Shown here: positions 9,714-21,074 of the stretch, in pieces
Position numbering within the stretch: position 1 is the first letter of the stretch
Layout: each line of letters starts with the position of its first letter
Assembly (NCBI GenBank): GCA_965656495.1
Contig: CBFHKU010000004.1
Span: 75,392 to 139,391, forward strand
Direction of reading: 5' to 3'
From: Coraliomargaritaceae bacterium
GTDB taxonomy: Bacteria > Verrucomicrobiota > Verrucomicrobiia > Opitutales > Coraliomargaritaceae
DNA: 64,000 bases
Translations under genes and position numbers: made by a program
Notes under the pieces: model-generated
The model's input: only the letters and a program-made list of their open reading frames with translations
Databases searched by the model: none
Told to the model about the DNA's origin: nothing

Positions 9714-11180
9714 CTAAATTGCTGCTACCTGCCGGTGATAATCGTGTGCTTGTTCAAAGGCGTGCGCCACCGCAAAGAGATCCGCCTCGCCAAATGCTTT
9801 TCCGATGACCTGCAACCCAATCGGCAGGCCCGCACTCGTCAGGCCGCTGGGAAGCGACAGCGCCGGCAAGCCCGCAAGATTCACCGCAATGGTGTAGATA
9901 TCACTCAGATACATCGCGAGGGGATCGTCGCTGCGCTCCCCGCGCTTAAAGGCGGGGGTCGGTGAGGTCGGTGAGAGGATTGCGTCCACCTGTTCAAAAG
10001 CGGTTTCAAAATCGCGGCGAATCAAGGTGCGCACTTTTTGCGCGCGCAGGTAATAGGCATCGTAGTAACCCGAACTGAGGACATAGGTTCCGAGAATGAT
10101 GCGGCGCTTGACCTCATCGCCAAAGCCCTCGCCCCGACTCTTCGTGAAAAGACTGAGGGCATCATTTGCCTCCGCGCTGCGGTGACCATAGCGCACCCCG
10201 TCAAAGCGGGCGAGATTCGAGGAAGCCTCCGCCGTTGCGATGATATAATAAACCGGCACGGAGAGGTGGGCATGCGGAAGGGAAATATCCACGATTTCCG
10301 ATCCCTGTTGGCGATACCAATCGATTGCGGCCTCGATATTGGCCTTCACCTCCGGGTCGATCCCCTCCGCAAGAAATTCGCGCGGCACGCCGAGTTTCCA
10401 CGGCCCCTTGCGGGTTTTGAGCTCGGCGCGGAAATCCGGGACTTCCGGCATCGCAATGGAAGTTGAATCAAGGGGATCCTTGCCCAGCATTGCCTGAAAC
10501 AGGATGGCGGCATCCTCCACGGTGCGCGACATCGGCCCCGCCTGATCCAGCGAGGAGGCAAATGCTACCAGCCCGCAACGGGAGACGAGCCCGTAAGTGG
10601 GTTTCATTCCGACGACCCCGCACAGCGCTGCCGGTTGGCGGATCGAGCCCCCGGTGTCGGTGCCGATCGTCGCGATGGCCTCCCCTGCCGCGAGGGCGGC
10701 GGCACTACCTCCGGAAGAACCACCGGGAATGCGTTCGAGATCCCAGGGGTTGGCGGTGGTGGCGTAAGCGGAATTTTCGGTGGAAGAACCCATTGCGAAT
10801 TCGTCCATGTTGAGACGACCCCAGAGCACCGCGCCGGCTGCCTTGAGCTTCGCAATCACGGTCGCATCGTAAGGGGAAACAAAATTATCGAGGATTTTAG
10901 AGGCACAGCGCAGGGGTTGCCCTTCAACCGCGAGAATGTCCTTAATGCCAAGCGGGATGCCGTCCAGCGGACCCAGCGCTTTTCCGGCGGCACGGCGTTC
11001 GTCCGAGGCGCGCGCCTGCGCGAGGGCGTCCTCCGCATCATAATGAATAAAGGCCTGCACTTTGGCTTCGACCGCCTCGGTGCGGGCGATGACCGCTTCG
11101 GTCAGCACGACGGAACTGAGGGAACCCGCCTCCAAGGCAGCGGATAGCTCAGCAATGGTTTGATGGTATAACTCGGGCAT
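9714..11180 (-). CDS. gatA: Asp/Glu-tRNA amidotransferase subunit A
   Basis: NMDEFAMGSSTE, PGGSSGGSAA, GTDTGGSIRQPA; ATG (MPELYH) at 11180. Confidence 0.98.
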   Translation of the reverse strand: MPELYHQTIAELSAALEAGSLSSVVLTEAVIARTEAVEAKVQAFIHYDAEDALAQARASDERRAAGKALGPLDGIPLGIKDILAVEGQPLRCASKILDNFVSPYDATVIAKLKAAGAVLWGRLNMDEFAMGSSTENSAYATTANPWDLERIPGGSSGGSAAALAAGEAIATIGTDTGGSIRQPAALCGVVGMKPTYGLVSRCGLVAFASSLDQAGPMSRTVEDAAILFQAMLGKDPLDSTSIAMPEVPDFRAELKTRKGPWKLGVPREFLAEGIDPEVKANIEAAIDWYRQQGSEIVDISLPHAHLSVPVYYIIATAEASSNLARFDGVRYGHRSAEANDALSLFTKSRGEGFGDEVKRRIILGTYVLSSGYYDAYYLRAQKVRTLIRRDFETAFEQVDAILSPTSPTPAFKRGERSDDPLAMYLSDIYTIAVNLAGLPALSLPSGLTSAGLPIGLQVIGKAFGEADLFAVAHAFEQAHDYHRQVAAI

Positions 11181-11200
11181 CGCAGCTTTTTCCAATGTAG

Positions 11201-11494
11201 TTATTCCACAACCTTTGGCACAACGACCTGCTGGTCGCGCGACTCGGGCGCCATCGCGGTGAGCGTCTCCGGCGCGTAAACCGGCCCGGCGTTGTCGCCT
11301 TCGCGCCAAATATTTTCCACGGGATGCGCATGGGCGGTCGGTTCGACCCCGGACACGTCGACCCCCTTGAGGGCTTCAAAATGTTCAAGGATGGCGTCCA
11401 GTTGCCCGCCCAGTTTTTTCTTTTCGGCATCGTTGAGTTCGATGCGGGCAAGACGGGCGACGTAATCAATATCGAGATGGGCGTGATCGGTCAT
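11201..11494 (-). CDS. gatC: Asp/Glu-tRNA amidotransferase subunit C
   Basis: YVARLARIEL...VVVPKVVE, upstream of gatA; ATG at 11494. Confidence 0.95.
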   Translation of the reverse strand: MTDHAHLDIDYVARLARIELNDAEKKKLGGQLDAILEHFEALKGVDVSGVEPTAHAHPVENIWREGDNAGPVYAPETLTAMAPESRDQQVVVPKVVE

Positions 11495-11507
11495 GAGAAT
11501 TAAAATG

Positions 11508-12740
11508 CTATTCGGAAGGCCCCCAACGCTTGGTAAAGGGATAATAGATAAAGATGGCGCGTCCAATAACCGATTTCTGCGGGACGTAGCCCCAGTAGCG
11601 ACTGTCCGCCGAGTTGGCGGAATTATCGCCCAAGGCCACAAACTCATTTTCGGGCACTTTCATAGTGGCACCCACTCCCAACAGGCCAACATTCTTATAG
11701 CCGACGTATTCACCCTCCTGCGCGGCGTTGCGCTCAAAAGCCGCGACCTCATCGCGGGGCTGTCCGTCCACCAAGAGGGCGTGATCTTTTATCTCCAGAG
11801 TCTCGCCCTCTTTTCCGGCGAGCCGTTTGATGTAATATTTCGGCGTGTAGTCGTTGGTCGCCCTACCCACCGCGTCCAATATTTGATCCGTGCGAAACAC
11901 AAAGGGATCGCCCACTTTCGGTTTGCGGAAATGATACGTAAGGCGGTCCACAAATAGCGCATCTCCCAAACGGATATCAAAGGAGAGAATCGATTCGCCC
12001 GCCTTAATTTGGCGTCCGGTAGCCCAGCGCTCGAGTCGGGGATCGATGCTGGCGATGCGCCGAGGGTTTTCCCCCGCACTTAGGCTATCGATCACCTGAT
12101 CCATCTGAAATTCCGCAGGCACGCGCAAACGATGCGGGGTATCGCCTACAAAAAGTGTGTATTCCTTGAATTGGGCGGGCAAAAGACCGAACCATTTGCG
12201 GCCCTTAACCACTTGATAGAAAGCAATGCTGTCATTGCTTTGCGTGCGGGCCTTTTGGATCGATAGCTCGCCGGAAGCAGTCGCCACCAAATTATGATGG
12301 CGGGCGCCCTGCGTCAGGAAATTGAAAACTTTTTGCGGGGCAGAAGGTGCTTCCCCTGTACTGTAAATTCGCTCTTTCATTCCACTGTAGGTCGGATACA
12401 TGGAATTGGTGGGAATGATGAACGGTTGAAAAAAGAAGGAACGGATCCCGATCACCACAATTGCCGCGACCAGGATGACTTCGATATTGTCACTGAGAAA
12501 GGTCTTCGGGTAAATCTTGCCACCGATTTTCTTCAAATGCGCGTGGAGCGGTTCCATCGCGGCGTGGCAAGCTTCATCCCCCGCGGCTTTATCGGCAAGG
12601 ACCGCCTTCAAATCTTCCATGAGCGCATCCAACCGGGCGAGATCCTCTGAGGAGGTAAGATCGCGCCGGTAATGGTAAATCTTACCTGCAGCGTGCAAGA
12701 GCTCCCGAGCTTGTTTGTGAAGCTTTTTCATATCTTTCAT
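11508..12740 (-). CDS. lepB: Signal peptidase I
   Basis: IPTNSMYPT, YYIKRLAG, LGDNSANSADSRYWG; downstream of lepA; start approximate. Confidence 0.95.
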   Translation of the reverse strand: MKDMKKLHKQARELLHAAGKIYHYRRDLTSSEDLARLDALMEDLKAVLADKAAGDEACHAAMEPLHAHLKKIGGKIYPKTFLSDNIEVILVAAIVVIGIRSFFFQPFIIPTNSMYPTYSGMKERIYSTGEAPSAPQKVFNFLTQGARHHNLVATASGELSIQKARTQSNDSIAFYQVVKGRKWFGLLPAQFKEYTLFVGDTPHRLRVPAEFQMDQVIDSLSAGENPRRIASIDPRLERWATGRQIKAGESILSFDIRLGDALFVDRLTYHFRKPKVGDPFVFRTDQILDAVGRATNDYTPKYYIKRLAGKEGETLEIKDHALLVDGQPRDEVAAFERNAAQEGEYVGYKNVGLLGVGATMKVPENEFVALGDNSANSADSRYWGYVPQKSVIGRAIFIYYPFTKRWGPSE

Positions 12741-12774
12741 TACATCAAGGGTGCAGATGCCGGCTTTGCAAACC

Positions 12775-14583
12775 CTAACCGCCGTCCGAGGTTTTAAGAA
12801 TCTTAATAAAGGCATCCTGCGGAATCGAAACACTGCCGATATTCTTCATCCGTTTCTTACCCTCCTTTTGTTTTTCAAGGAGTTTGCGTTTGCGGGAAAT
12901 ATCGCCGCCATAACACTTTGCGGTCACGTCCTTCCGGTAAGCACTGATGGTTTCACGCGCCACGACCTTGCCCCCAATCGCCGCCTGCACCGCGATCTTA
13001 AACATTTGCCGAGGAAGGATTTCCTTGAGGCGTTTACAAAGAGCACGCCCCCGACCCTCCGCTTTCTCGATGTGCACAATCGAAGAAAACGCGTCGACCT
13101 GTTCCTGATTCACCAAAATGTCCAGACGGCACAGCTTCGCGCGTTCATATCCGTCCATCTCGTAATCCATCGAGCCGTAGCCGTGGGTGATGCTCTTGAG
13201 ACGATCGTTGAAGTCCACGAGGATTTCATTCAGCGGGACACGACACACCAGCATGACGCGGGAATTGTCAATGGTCTCGGTGTGTTCACAGATGCCGCGC
13301 TTTTCGCTCATCAAAGCCAGCACATCGCCAATCGAATCGCTCGGGATGTGGACCGAGGCCTTGATCATGGGTTCTTCAATAAAGTCGATCTCCGCCGGTT
13401 CCGGCAAATGCACGGGATTGTGCACCTCGATCATGGTTCCATCCGTTTGGGTGACATGATACACAACACTGGGATAGGTTGAAATAACATCGAGGTCGTA
13501 TTCCCGCCGGATGCGTTCCTGAATAATCTCCATGTGCAGGAGGCCGAGGAATCCACAGCGGAAGCCAAAACCCAGCGCTACCGAATTTTCCGACTGATAC
13601 ACAAAGGCGGCATCATTCAAGCGCAGCTTACCCATCGAGGCCTTGAGTTTGTTGTAATCATTCGTGTCGATCGGGTAAATTCCACTGAAGACCATCGGGC
13701 TCACCGCCTTGTAACCCGGCAACATCTCCTGCGCGAGGGCGTTGCTGTGGGTGATCGTGTCACCGAGCTTGATTTCCGCCACGTCACGGATGTTCGTAAC
13801 GATATAGCCCACGTCTCCCGCTTGCAGGCTTTCCTGTTTCGTCATTGCCGGTGAAAATTTCCCCACCTCCTTGACCTGCGCCTTTCGGCCATCGCTCATC
13901 GTCACAATCGCATCGCTCGCTTTAACCTGCCCCGAGAAGACCCGCACATAACAAATCACGCCCTTAAAGGCATCATAGACGCAGTCAAAGATGAGCACCC
14001 GCAAACCCTCGACCTCCGCCCAGCGCGGCTTTGGCACCCGCGCCACCGCTGCCGCCATGAGATCCTCGACCCCGAGCCCGGACTTGCCGCTCGTCAGAAT
14101 CGCCTCATCTGCCGGGATCGCCAGCACGTCCTCCAGTTGCGCCTGAATCGCCGGCACATCCGCACTCGGTAAATCCACCTTGTTGATGACCGGAATAATC
14201 TCCAAGCCCTGTTCCAGCGCCAAATGCGCATTGGCCACCGTCTGCGCCTCAATCCCCTGCGCGGCATCAATCAAAAGCATCGCGCCCTCACAGGCCGCCA
14301 AACTGCGCGAGACCTCATACGAGAAATCCACGTGCCCGGGGGTGTCGATCAAGTTGAAAGTATAATCCTGCCCATCCGCAGCCTTGTATACCATCGAAAC
14401 CGGATGGCTCTTAATCGTGATCCCCCGTTCCCGCTCCAAATCCATTGAATCCAGCAACTGGTCCTTCATCTCCCGCAGTTCCACCGTCCGCGTCAATTCC
14501 AGGATGCGGTCCGACAAAGTGGTCTTACCGTGATCCACGTGGGCGATGATGCAAAAATTGCGGGTGTGTTCTAAATCGGGCAT
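12775..14583 (-). CDS. lepA: Elongation factor 4
   Basis: [51 protein letters not shown]. Confidence 0.99.
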   Translation of the reverse strand: MPDLEHTRNFCIIAHVDHGKTTLSDRILELTRTVELREMKDQLLDSMDLERERGITIKSHPVSMVYKAADGQDYTFNLIDTPGHVDFSYEVSRSLAACEGAMLLIDAAQGIEAQTVANAHLALEQGLEIIPVINKVDLPSADVPAIQAQLEDVLAIPADEAILTSGKSGLGVEDLMAAAVARVPKPRWAEVEGLRVLIFDCVYDAFKGVICYVRVFSGQVKASDAIVTMSDGRKAQVKEVGKFSPAMTKQESLQAGDVGYIVTNIRDVAEIKLGDTITHSNALAQEMLPGYKAVSPMVFSGIYPIDTNDYNKLKASMGKLRLNDAAFVYQSENSVALGFGFRCGFLGLLHMEIIQERIRREYDLDVISTYPSVVYHVTQTDGTMIEVHNPVHLPEPAEIDFIEEPMIKASVHIPSDSIGDVLALMSEKRGICEHTETIDNSRVMLVCRVPLNEILVDFNDRLKSITHGYGSMDYEMDGYERAKLCRLDILVNQEQVDAFSSIVHIEKAEGRGRALCKRLKEILPRQMFKIAVQAAIGGKVVARETISAYRKDVTAKCYGGDISRKRKLLEKQKEGKKRMKNIGSVSIPQDAFIKILKTSDGG

Positions 14584-15582
14584 GGCGCAGTCAAACCCTC
14601 TACCTTCGTTCTGGTAGCGGAAAACTCAATCTCTTTGTTCCTCAATATTTCTGGCTTGCTGAAATCGACAAAAAGTAATGCCCTGCAAATAATATGAACA
14701 AAATACATTTTACAGTGTATATTCGTATTTAAGCTATCCTTACACTAACAATTCGCATGATCCGATTCCTACTCTTCCTCAACGCCCTGGTTTTCATTCA
14801 ACTTCAGGCAGACAAAATTACGGAATTTACTTTCGATGGCCATCTCTATCAGGTGTATGACGATTTAGAAAGCTGGAACGACGCTCGAGTCGACGCGGCA
14901 AGCAAAATATATAGCGGAGTATCCGGCTATCTAGCAGAAATCAACAGTGCTGCGGAAAACACTGCAATTTTCAATGCCCTTCAAGCCAACGACAGCAGCT
15001 TTACTCAAACGGCTGGTGACGGCGGTGGCGCGCGCTACGTTTGGATCGGTGCCAACGATAGCCTGAACGAAGGCACCTGGGTCTGGGACAATAGCGGCAC
15101 TAATTTTTGGACCGGAGACGGGCAAACCGGTTCCGCACAGGGTGGTAACTACGAGAACTGGGGCAGCAGGGATAACTGGTATGAGCCCGACGATTATCTA
15201 GGCAATCAGGACGCCGGCGCCATTGCATTGGATGATTGGCCTGTAGGTACAGCCGGAGAATGGAACGATATAGATGGCAATAATACGATGCCCTACATCG
15301 TCGAATTTGACACCGTGCCCGAATACTCCCAGTTGGGTTTGGTACTAGGGCTGGGTAGCCTTGGCACCCTTCTCTTGCGCAGGCACCGCTCCCGCTCCAA
15401 ATCCATCGAATCCAGCAACTAGTCCTGCATCTCCCGCAGTACCACCGTCCGCGTCAATTCCAGGATGCGGTCCGACAAAGTGGTCTTACCGTGATCCACG
15501 TGGGCGATGATGCAAAAATTGCGGGTGTGTTCTAAATCGGGCATGGCGCAGTCAAACCCTCTACCTTCGTTCAGGTAGCGGA
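14425..15582. repeat. 197-bp direct repeat (14425-14621 and 15386-15582) of the lepA 5' end, flanking a lectin gene
   Basis: Copies offset by 961 bp with about 6 mismatches; second copy has an in-frame TAG. Confidence 0.95.
14757..15422 (+). CDS. Secreted C-type lectin domain protein with PEP-CTERM-like sorting signal
   Basis: Signal peptide; SWNDA...YLAEINS..EN, WIGAND..EGTWVW, WND; C-terminal VPE + hydrophobic helix + RRHR. Confidence 0.85.
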   Translation: MIRFLLFLNALVFIQLQADKITEFTFDGHLYQVYDDLESWNDARVDAASKIYSGVSGYLAEINSAAENTAIFNALQANDSSFTQTAGDGGGARYVWIGANDSLNEGTWVWDNSGTNFWTGDGQTGSAQGGNYENWGSRDNWYEPDDYLGNQDAGAIALDDWPVGTAGEWNDIDGNNTMPYIVEFDTVPEYSQLGLVLGLGSLGTLLLRRHRSRSKSIESSN

Positions 15583-15686
15583 TAGCTTGAGCCCTGACGC
15601 TGGTAAATCAATCAACGCATCCTGATTCTCCTTTGAATTTGCGCTTTCCATGAATTTTAAAAGGTGTTATTCAATTTTATAAATTA

Positions 15687-16388
15687 ATGAAATTTTTGAC
15701 TTATTTAATAAAGATAAGCCGATGGTTCAGGATCATGGTATTTATCGTCCTCGCGTGGAACATGGGCGTTTCTGAACTGCACGCTCGCGAATGGGTAAAC
15801 CATGAGGGCCAAAAATTAATCGCGGATCTCCTCGAAGTCGTTGATGCCAAAACGATCAAACTTCGCTCTGCAGTAAACGGACGCATCTATAACTATCCCA
15901 TCGAAAAGCTTTGCGCTGATGATCAAAAGTTTGTGCGGGATTACATCCAGGCGAAATCACAAAAAGCGGCTACTTTACTAACTGAGAAATCCGGCCCGAA
16001 ACCAAGCAAGCGCCGAGCGAAATGGACAGAGGATTATAAGGAAGCTCAAAATGAAGCAAAGGAGCACGATCTCCCCATTCTATTACTTTTCACCGGCTCG
16101 GATTGGTGTGGGTATTGTATAAGGCTGGAGGATGCAGTCTTCAGCGAGCGGGACTTCGAGAAATTTGCGGACCAGAATATTGTCTTGATGAAAGCTGATT
16201 TTCCCCGAGCTAAGCAAAAGTCCGCAATCAAAAAACAGAATGCTGAACTCAAAAAAGAATTCAAAGCATCAGGCTATCCCAGCGTTTTCATCCTCAGCCC
16301 TAGAGGAAAAACACTCGGGCGTATTCACGGCTATGGGGGATGGTCGGTAGATGAGTATATCGATAAAATCGAAAAAATTATTCGCTAA
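15687..16388 (+). CDS. Thioredoxin-like protein with N-terminal SHD1-like domain
   Basis: FTGSDWCGYC; REWVNHEG...YPIEKLCADDQKFV resembles SHD1; start uncertain. Confidence 0.85.
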   Translation: MKFLTYLIKISRWFRIMVFIVLAWNMGVSELHAREWVNHEGQKLIADLLEVVDAKTIKLRSAVNGRIYNYPIEKLCADDQKFVRDYIQAKSQKAATLLTEKSGPKPSKRRAKWTEDYKEAQNEAKEHDLPILLLFTGSDWCGYCIRLEDAVFSERDFEKFADQNIVLMKADFPRAKQKSAIKKQNAELKKEFKASGYPSVFILSPRGKTLGRIHGYGGWSVDEYIDKIEKIIR

Positions 16389-16453
16389 ATTAAAAGACGG
16401 CATTTCCGCAAATCTTAACCTTCAATACTTCAGCACCCCATAATCCTCCGCCC

Positions 16454-17194
16454 ATGAAAAACAAACCACTCCGCATCGCCTTTCTTTCGACTTTCATCAG
16501 CCTATTGCCGCTCCAAATAGCCAGTGCTCAAGCTGCCAACGAAACGCCCCACATCGAAGTAAGCGGTCAGGGGCTCATGGAGGCGGAACCGGAACTCCTG
16601 CGCTGGGATATTGAGGTCGAGAACCGGGGCCCCGATATTGCGCAGTTGGCGGAGGTGCACGCCAACGAGGTTGCCCGAATTTTAAAAGCCATTGAAAAAC
16701 TGGGAGTCCCCAAAGACCGCATTCAGACCAGCCGGCCAAAACTAAGCGAGCACTATACCCGCAAGAACAACAGCAACGTAAAGGATGGCTACGAGGCCTC
16801 GACCCGTATCGCCTTTGAACTAACCAACATCAATCAATACGATGCGGTTTGGCGCGACTTGTCCAAATTCGAAAGCCTCCGGATTCGCAATTCCACTTGG
16901 GGTCTCGACCACGAGACCCTCGCACAGATTCAGGCAAAAGCCCGCCTCAAGGCGATCGAGGACGCCCGCCTCAAAGCGATCGAAATGGCGGGAGCCCTTG
17001 GAATGGAAGTCGGATCACCCCTGCGTATCAGCGAAAGCCGCGGAGCCCGCCCCTACCCGATGGCAGATGCCATGGTACTATCAGCAGCCCCGCGCAATGG
17101 CGGCTCGGGCCCTGCTCACGCTGCCGGAATGCTGGCGGTGCGCGCCGAGGTCACGATCGTCTTTGCCATTCACGCGGCAGAGCTTGAGCACTGA
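16454..17194 (+). CDS. SIMPL (DUF541) domain protein
   Basis: Signal peptide; IEVSGQG, AIEDARLKAIEMAGALG...ISE. Confidence 0.85.
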   Translation: MKNKPLRIAFLSTFISLLPLQIASAQAANETPHIEVSGQGLMEAEPELLRWDIEVENRGPDIAQLAEVHANEVARILKAIEKLGVPKDRIQTSRPKLSEHYTRKNNSNVKDGYEASTRIAFELTNINQYDAVWRDLSKFESLRIRNSTWGLDHETLAQIQAKARLKAIEDARLKAIEMAGALGMEVGSPLRISESRGARPYPMADAMVLSAAPRNGGSGPAHAAGMLAVRAEVTIVFAIHAAELEH

Positions 17195-17459
17195 TACCCT
17201 CCCGCTTTTTTCGGGATTTTGCCTTCCCCCGCGTCATTGCGGCAAAGCCACAATGCATTTGCCCGGCCTCCCCTTCCGGTCCCGCCAATGCCCGAACAAT
17301 GAACCGCGCCTGCTCGCATTCCCATTGAACGAGCTTCCCCGCCTTGGGTTTAGCCTGAATATCGGTCCGCTATCTTTTAAAATAACGTGAAAATAATTTA
17401 AAAAATAATAATTTTTCACTTGCTAATTTATTTAGTAGGCCATAAAAGCTAATTTAGCA

Positions 17460-18206
17460 ATGAACGTATATCTAGCTGAGGCAACGGGAACTGCCATTCT
17501 TATTCTACTGGGTAATGGGGTGGTCGCCAATGTGGTGCTCAATCAATCCAAGGGACAAAAGAGCGGATGGATCGTCATAACAGCCGGCTGGGGCATGGCG
17601 GTCGCGCTGGCGGTTTATACCGTGGGTCGAATTTCCGGCGCGCACATTAATCCAGCGGAGACGGTGGCACTCGCTTCAATTGACGCCTTTGAATGGGCCA
17701 AAGTACCGGGTTATATCGCGGCGCAGATGCTCGGAGCTTTTGTTGGCTCGGTGCTGGTCTATCTTGCTTACTTTGCCCACTGGGCGGTTACCGAAGATGA
17801 AAAAAGCAAACTGGCGTGTCATTGCACCGCCCCTGCCATCCGTAAAAACGGCCCCGCTTTTATGACAGAGGTCATTGGGACCGCGATGCTGATTTTCGGT
17901 GTCCTTGCACTCGGGAAGGTCGCCCTTGGCGCGCAAGACGGGCAAGAAGCCTGGACCCTCGCAGTGGGCACCTGGTTTGGCCCCCTCTTGGTGGGCCTCC
18001 TCGTCTTTGCGATTGGTCTCTCCCTCGGCGGTCCCACCGGATATGCCATCAATCCCGCCCGCGACCTCGGCCCCCGCCTCGCGCATTTCCTCCTGCCCAT
18101 TCCCGGAAAAGGCGACTCTGATTGGTCCTATGCCTGGATTCCTGTCGTAGCTCCCCTTCTGGGTGGCATTCTGGGCGCTAACCTATTTATCATACTCCAA
18201 CTTTAA
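17460..18206 (+). CDS. glpF: Glycerol uptake facilitator (MIP)
   Basis: SGAHINPA and GGPTGYAINPARD. Confidence 0.97.
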   Translation: MNVYLAEATGTAILILLGNGVVANVVLNQSKGQKSGWIVITAGWGMAVALAVYTVGRISGAHINPAETVALASIDAFEWAKVPGYIAAQMLGAFVGSVLVYLAYFAHWAVTEDEKSKLACHCTAPAIRKNGPAFMTEVIGTAMLIFGVLALGKVALGAQDGQEAWTLAVGTWFGPLLVGLLVFAIGLSLGGPTGYAINPARDLGPRLAHFLLPIPGKGDSDWSYAWIPVVAPLLGGILGANLFIILQL

Positions 18207-18238
18207 CCCAACCCCCCAGCCCACTTGCAAACTGAAAC

Positions 18239-19747
18239 ATGACTACTGAGCAAAAATATATCCTCGCAATCGATCAGGGTACCACCAGTTCACGCACCAT
18301 TATCTTTAACCATGACGCTGAAATCGTCGCAGTGGCCCAGCAGGAATTTCAACAACTCTACCCAAATCCCGGCTGGGTGGAGCACAACCCGGAGGAAATC
18401 TGGAGCAGCCAAAAAGCCACTATTGAGGAAGCGATGCAAAAAGCGAACCTCGATAAAAGCAGGGTCGCCGCAATTGGCATCACCAACCAACGCGAAACGA
18501 CTGTCATCTGGGATCGCGACACCGGCAAACCGATCCACAACGCTATTGTCTGGCAGGACCGCCGCACCGCCGACTTCTGCAGCCAACTCAAACAAGATCA
18601 GCACGAGGATAGGATCCGCGAAAAAACCGGCCTCTGTCTCGACCCCTATTTTTCCGGCACAAAACTCCGCTGGATTCTTGAAAACGTGGAAGGTGCGCGG
18701 CAACGAGCCAAGGATGGCAAACTTTGTTTTGGCACAATTGATAGCTGGCTCCTCTGGCAACTCACCGATGGCCGGGTTCATGCCACCGACCTCAGCAACG
18801 CCAGCCGAACCCTCCTTTGTAATATCAAAACCGGCGATTGGGATCCGGATTTGCTGCAACTCCTCGATATACCCGAGGCCATTCTGCCTGAAATTCGCTC
18901 CTGCTCAGAAGTCTACGGCTGTGTAGACACGATCCCCGAACTGAGCGGAATTCCGGTTGCCGCGATGGCGGGCGACCAACAAGCCGCTCTCTTCGGGCAG
19001 GCCTGCTTCGAGCCCGGTATGGTTAAAAATACCTACGGTACCGGTTGTTTCATGCTCATGAATACCGGCGAAAAACCCATCCCTTCAGAAAACAATCTCC
19101 TTACTACCGTAGCCTGGCGTATTGGCAACCATACGGAGTACGCCTTAGAGGGATCCATCTTTATTGGTGGCGCGGTGGTGCAATGGCTGCGCGACGAACT
19201 CAAGCTGGTGCAGGATGCCAAAGAACTCAACAAACTCGCCGCCTCGGTCGATGACGCCGGAGGCACTTATATTGTCCCCGCCTTCACCGGACTCGGAGCA
19301 CCGCATTGGGATCCCTACGCCCGAGGCACCATCATCGGCCTGACCCGTGGTACCAACCGTGCCCAGATCTGCCGCGCCGCCCTTGATTCAATCGCCTACC
19401 AAAGCGCGGATCTCATTCAAATAATGGAAAAAGACAGCGGGCTTAAACTGCGTGAACTCCGCGTCGATGGCGGCGCCGCCCGCAGCAACCTCCTCCTGCA
19501 ATTCCAAGCGGACCTCCTACAGACCCCGGTCATTCGTCCCCAATGTATCGAGACTACCGCCCTCGGAGCTGCCTACCTCGCCGGTCTTGCAGTCGACTTT
19601 TGGAATGACCGCCAAAGTATCACCCAAAACTGGACCTCTGACCTAAGCTTCAAGCCCATGCGCTCAACCCAACAAATGTCAGGGTGGCACGCAGGCTGGA
19701 AGAAGGCCGTCAATCGGTCCCTCCACTGGGCTAAACCGGATGAATAA
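18239..19747 (+). CDS. glpK: Glycerol kinase
   Basis: [42 protein letters not shown]. Confidence 0.99.
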   Translation: MTTEQKYILAIDQGTTSSRTIIFNHDAEIVAVAQQEFQQLYPNPGWVEHNPEEIWSSQKATIEEAMQKANLDKSRVAAIGITNQRETTVIWDRDTGKPIHNAIVWQDRRTADFCSQLKQDQHEDRIREKTGLCLDPYFSGTKLRWILENVEGARQRAKDGKLCFGTIDSWLLWQLTDGRVHATDLSNASRTLLCNIKTGDWDPDLLQLLDIPEAILPEIRSCSEVYGCVDTIPELSGIPVAAMAGDQQAALFGQACFEPGMVKNTYGTGCFMLMNTGEKPIPSENNLLTTVAWRIGNHTEYALEGSIFIGGAVVQWLRDELKLVQDAKELNKLAASVDDAGGTYIVPAFTGLGAPHWDPYARGTIIGLTRGTNRAQICRAALDSIAYQSADLIQIMEKDSGLKLRELRVDGGAARSNLLLQFQADLLQTPVIRPQCIETTALGAAYLAGLAVDFWNDRQSITQNWTSDLSFKPMRSTQQMSGWHAGWKKAVNRSLHWAKPDE

Positions 19748-19802
19748 TCCAGCACCATAACCACGCGGGCCACCCCAATGCCCGCCAAACCAAGAGAGCT
19801 CC

Positions 19803-21044
19803 ATGAAAATCAACTATCATTTTATATGGACCCTTATCCTGACACCACTATCTGCTCTCTTGTTTGCCAACGATTACACCGAGACTCTTCTCGGCGATTT
19901 CAACGGTACACGCACCTCCCTCGCTGACAGCGGCTTAGAAATTAAAGCCAAACATATTCTTGATGTATATGATGATATCAGCGGGGCGCCCAAAACCGGG
20001 GCCTCGTATTTCGGTCGCCTACAGGTCGATGCCAGCCTTGATCTCGACAAATACTTCGGATTCTCCGGAGCCACCCTCGCAATTGGGGGCATCCATCAAT
20101 ATGGGCACCATTTTTACAACCGGCGCACCTTTGATGTCTTGACGAATCCGAGCACCATCGAGAGCCGGCAATTCACACGCTTAACGAACCTCAGCCTTAA
20201 TCAAGAATTAATGGATGGGATGCTTTCCTATAAGATCGGTAAAATTGACGGGGTGGCAGAATTTGGCCTGCAGGAATACAGCACGGTGTTCATGAATTTG
20301 GAGTTGGACTACGTGTCACGCATCATTCTACAGCCACCAACTGGAACCAATCTCCCCTTTCATCCCGGAGAAAAATGGGGTGCTGTAGTTGAATACCGAA
20401 CCGGTATTGATCCGAACAACACCAGCTATCTGAAAATCGGCCTCTTTGATACCAACAACTACAATGTCTATGAAGATGATTCCAACGGTCTAAACTTCGA
20501 CTATAGCGGCCCCTTGGCCTATGCACTTGAAATGGGGATTCGGCAACCCGGCCCTGCCACCAGTTACGTCAAGATCGGAGCCCATTTCAACGAAGGCAGT
20601 TTTCCTGATTTATCCTCGGTTAATACAAGCACCCGAGTAAACAATAACTATCTCGTTTATATCGGCGCGGGCAAAACCATTGCACAATTTGGTACAAATC
20701 CAGCGCGCCACCTGAATGGATCGGTCATGTGGAGCTACGCACCCGCAAACCGCAACCTTTATCACCAACAGCTCACCGCACTCCTCCGCGCGGTCGGCCC
20801 TTTTGAAAACCGCCCACTAGACGAGCTCGGCTTTGGTGCAGTGGTAAGCTTCCTCAGTGATCATTATGCGAGACGAAACCAACTTAGGATGAACGAGGAA
20901 TATATTCTCGAACTCTCCTATAAAACAAAGCTGACACCCTACTTCACAATTCAACCGGGGCTTCAAGCCATTCATCACCCCAAAGGCGACAAGAACCGTG
21001 ATACCATTTACCTCGCCACCTTACGCACCGTAATTACATTTTAA
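19803..21044 (+). CDS. OprB-like carbohydrate-selective porin
   Basis: Signal peptide, LLGDFNGTRTSLADSG N-terminus, ELSYK...IQPGLQ..HP, terminal Phe. Confidence 0.8.
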   Translation: MKINYHFIWTLILTPLSALLFANDYTETLLGDFNGTRTSLADSGLEIKAKHILDVYDDISGAPKTGASYFGRLQVDASLDLDKYFGFSGATLAIGGIHQYGHHFYNRRTFDVLTNPSTIESRQFTRLTNLSLNQELMDGMLSYKIGKIDGVAEFGLQEYSTVFMNLELDYVSRIILQPPTGTNLPFHPGEKWGAVVEYRTGIDPNNTSYLKIGLFDTNNYNVYEDDSNGLNFDYSGPLAYALEMGIRQPGPATSYVKIGAHFNEGSFPDLSSVNTSTRVNNNYLVYIGAGKTIAQFGTNPARHLNGSVMWSYAPANRNLYHQQLTALLRAVGPFENRPLDELGFGAVVSFLSDHYARRNQLRMNEEYILELSYKTKLTPYFTIQPGLQAIHHPKGDKNRDTIYLATLRTVITF

Positions 21045-21074
21045 TTTTAACCATCAAAATAAAAGTAGAATAAA

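Noticed and set aside
11181..11309. N-terminal extension of gatA in the track (also gatC, msrB, exoD, dnaX, cas5)
   Set aside because: These extensions mostly overlap neighbouring genes; downstream ATGs match the family N-termini.
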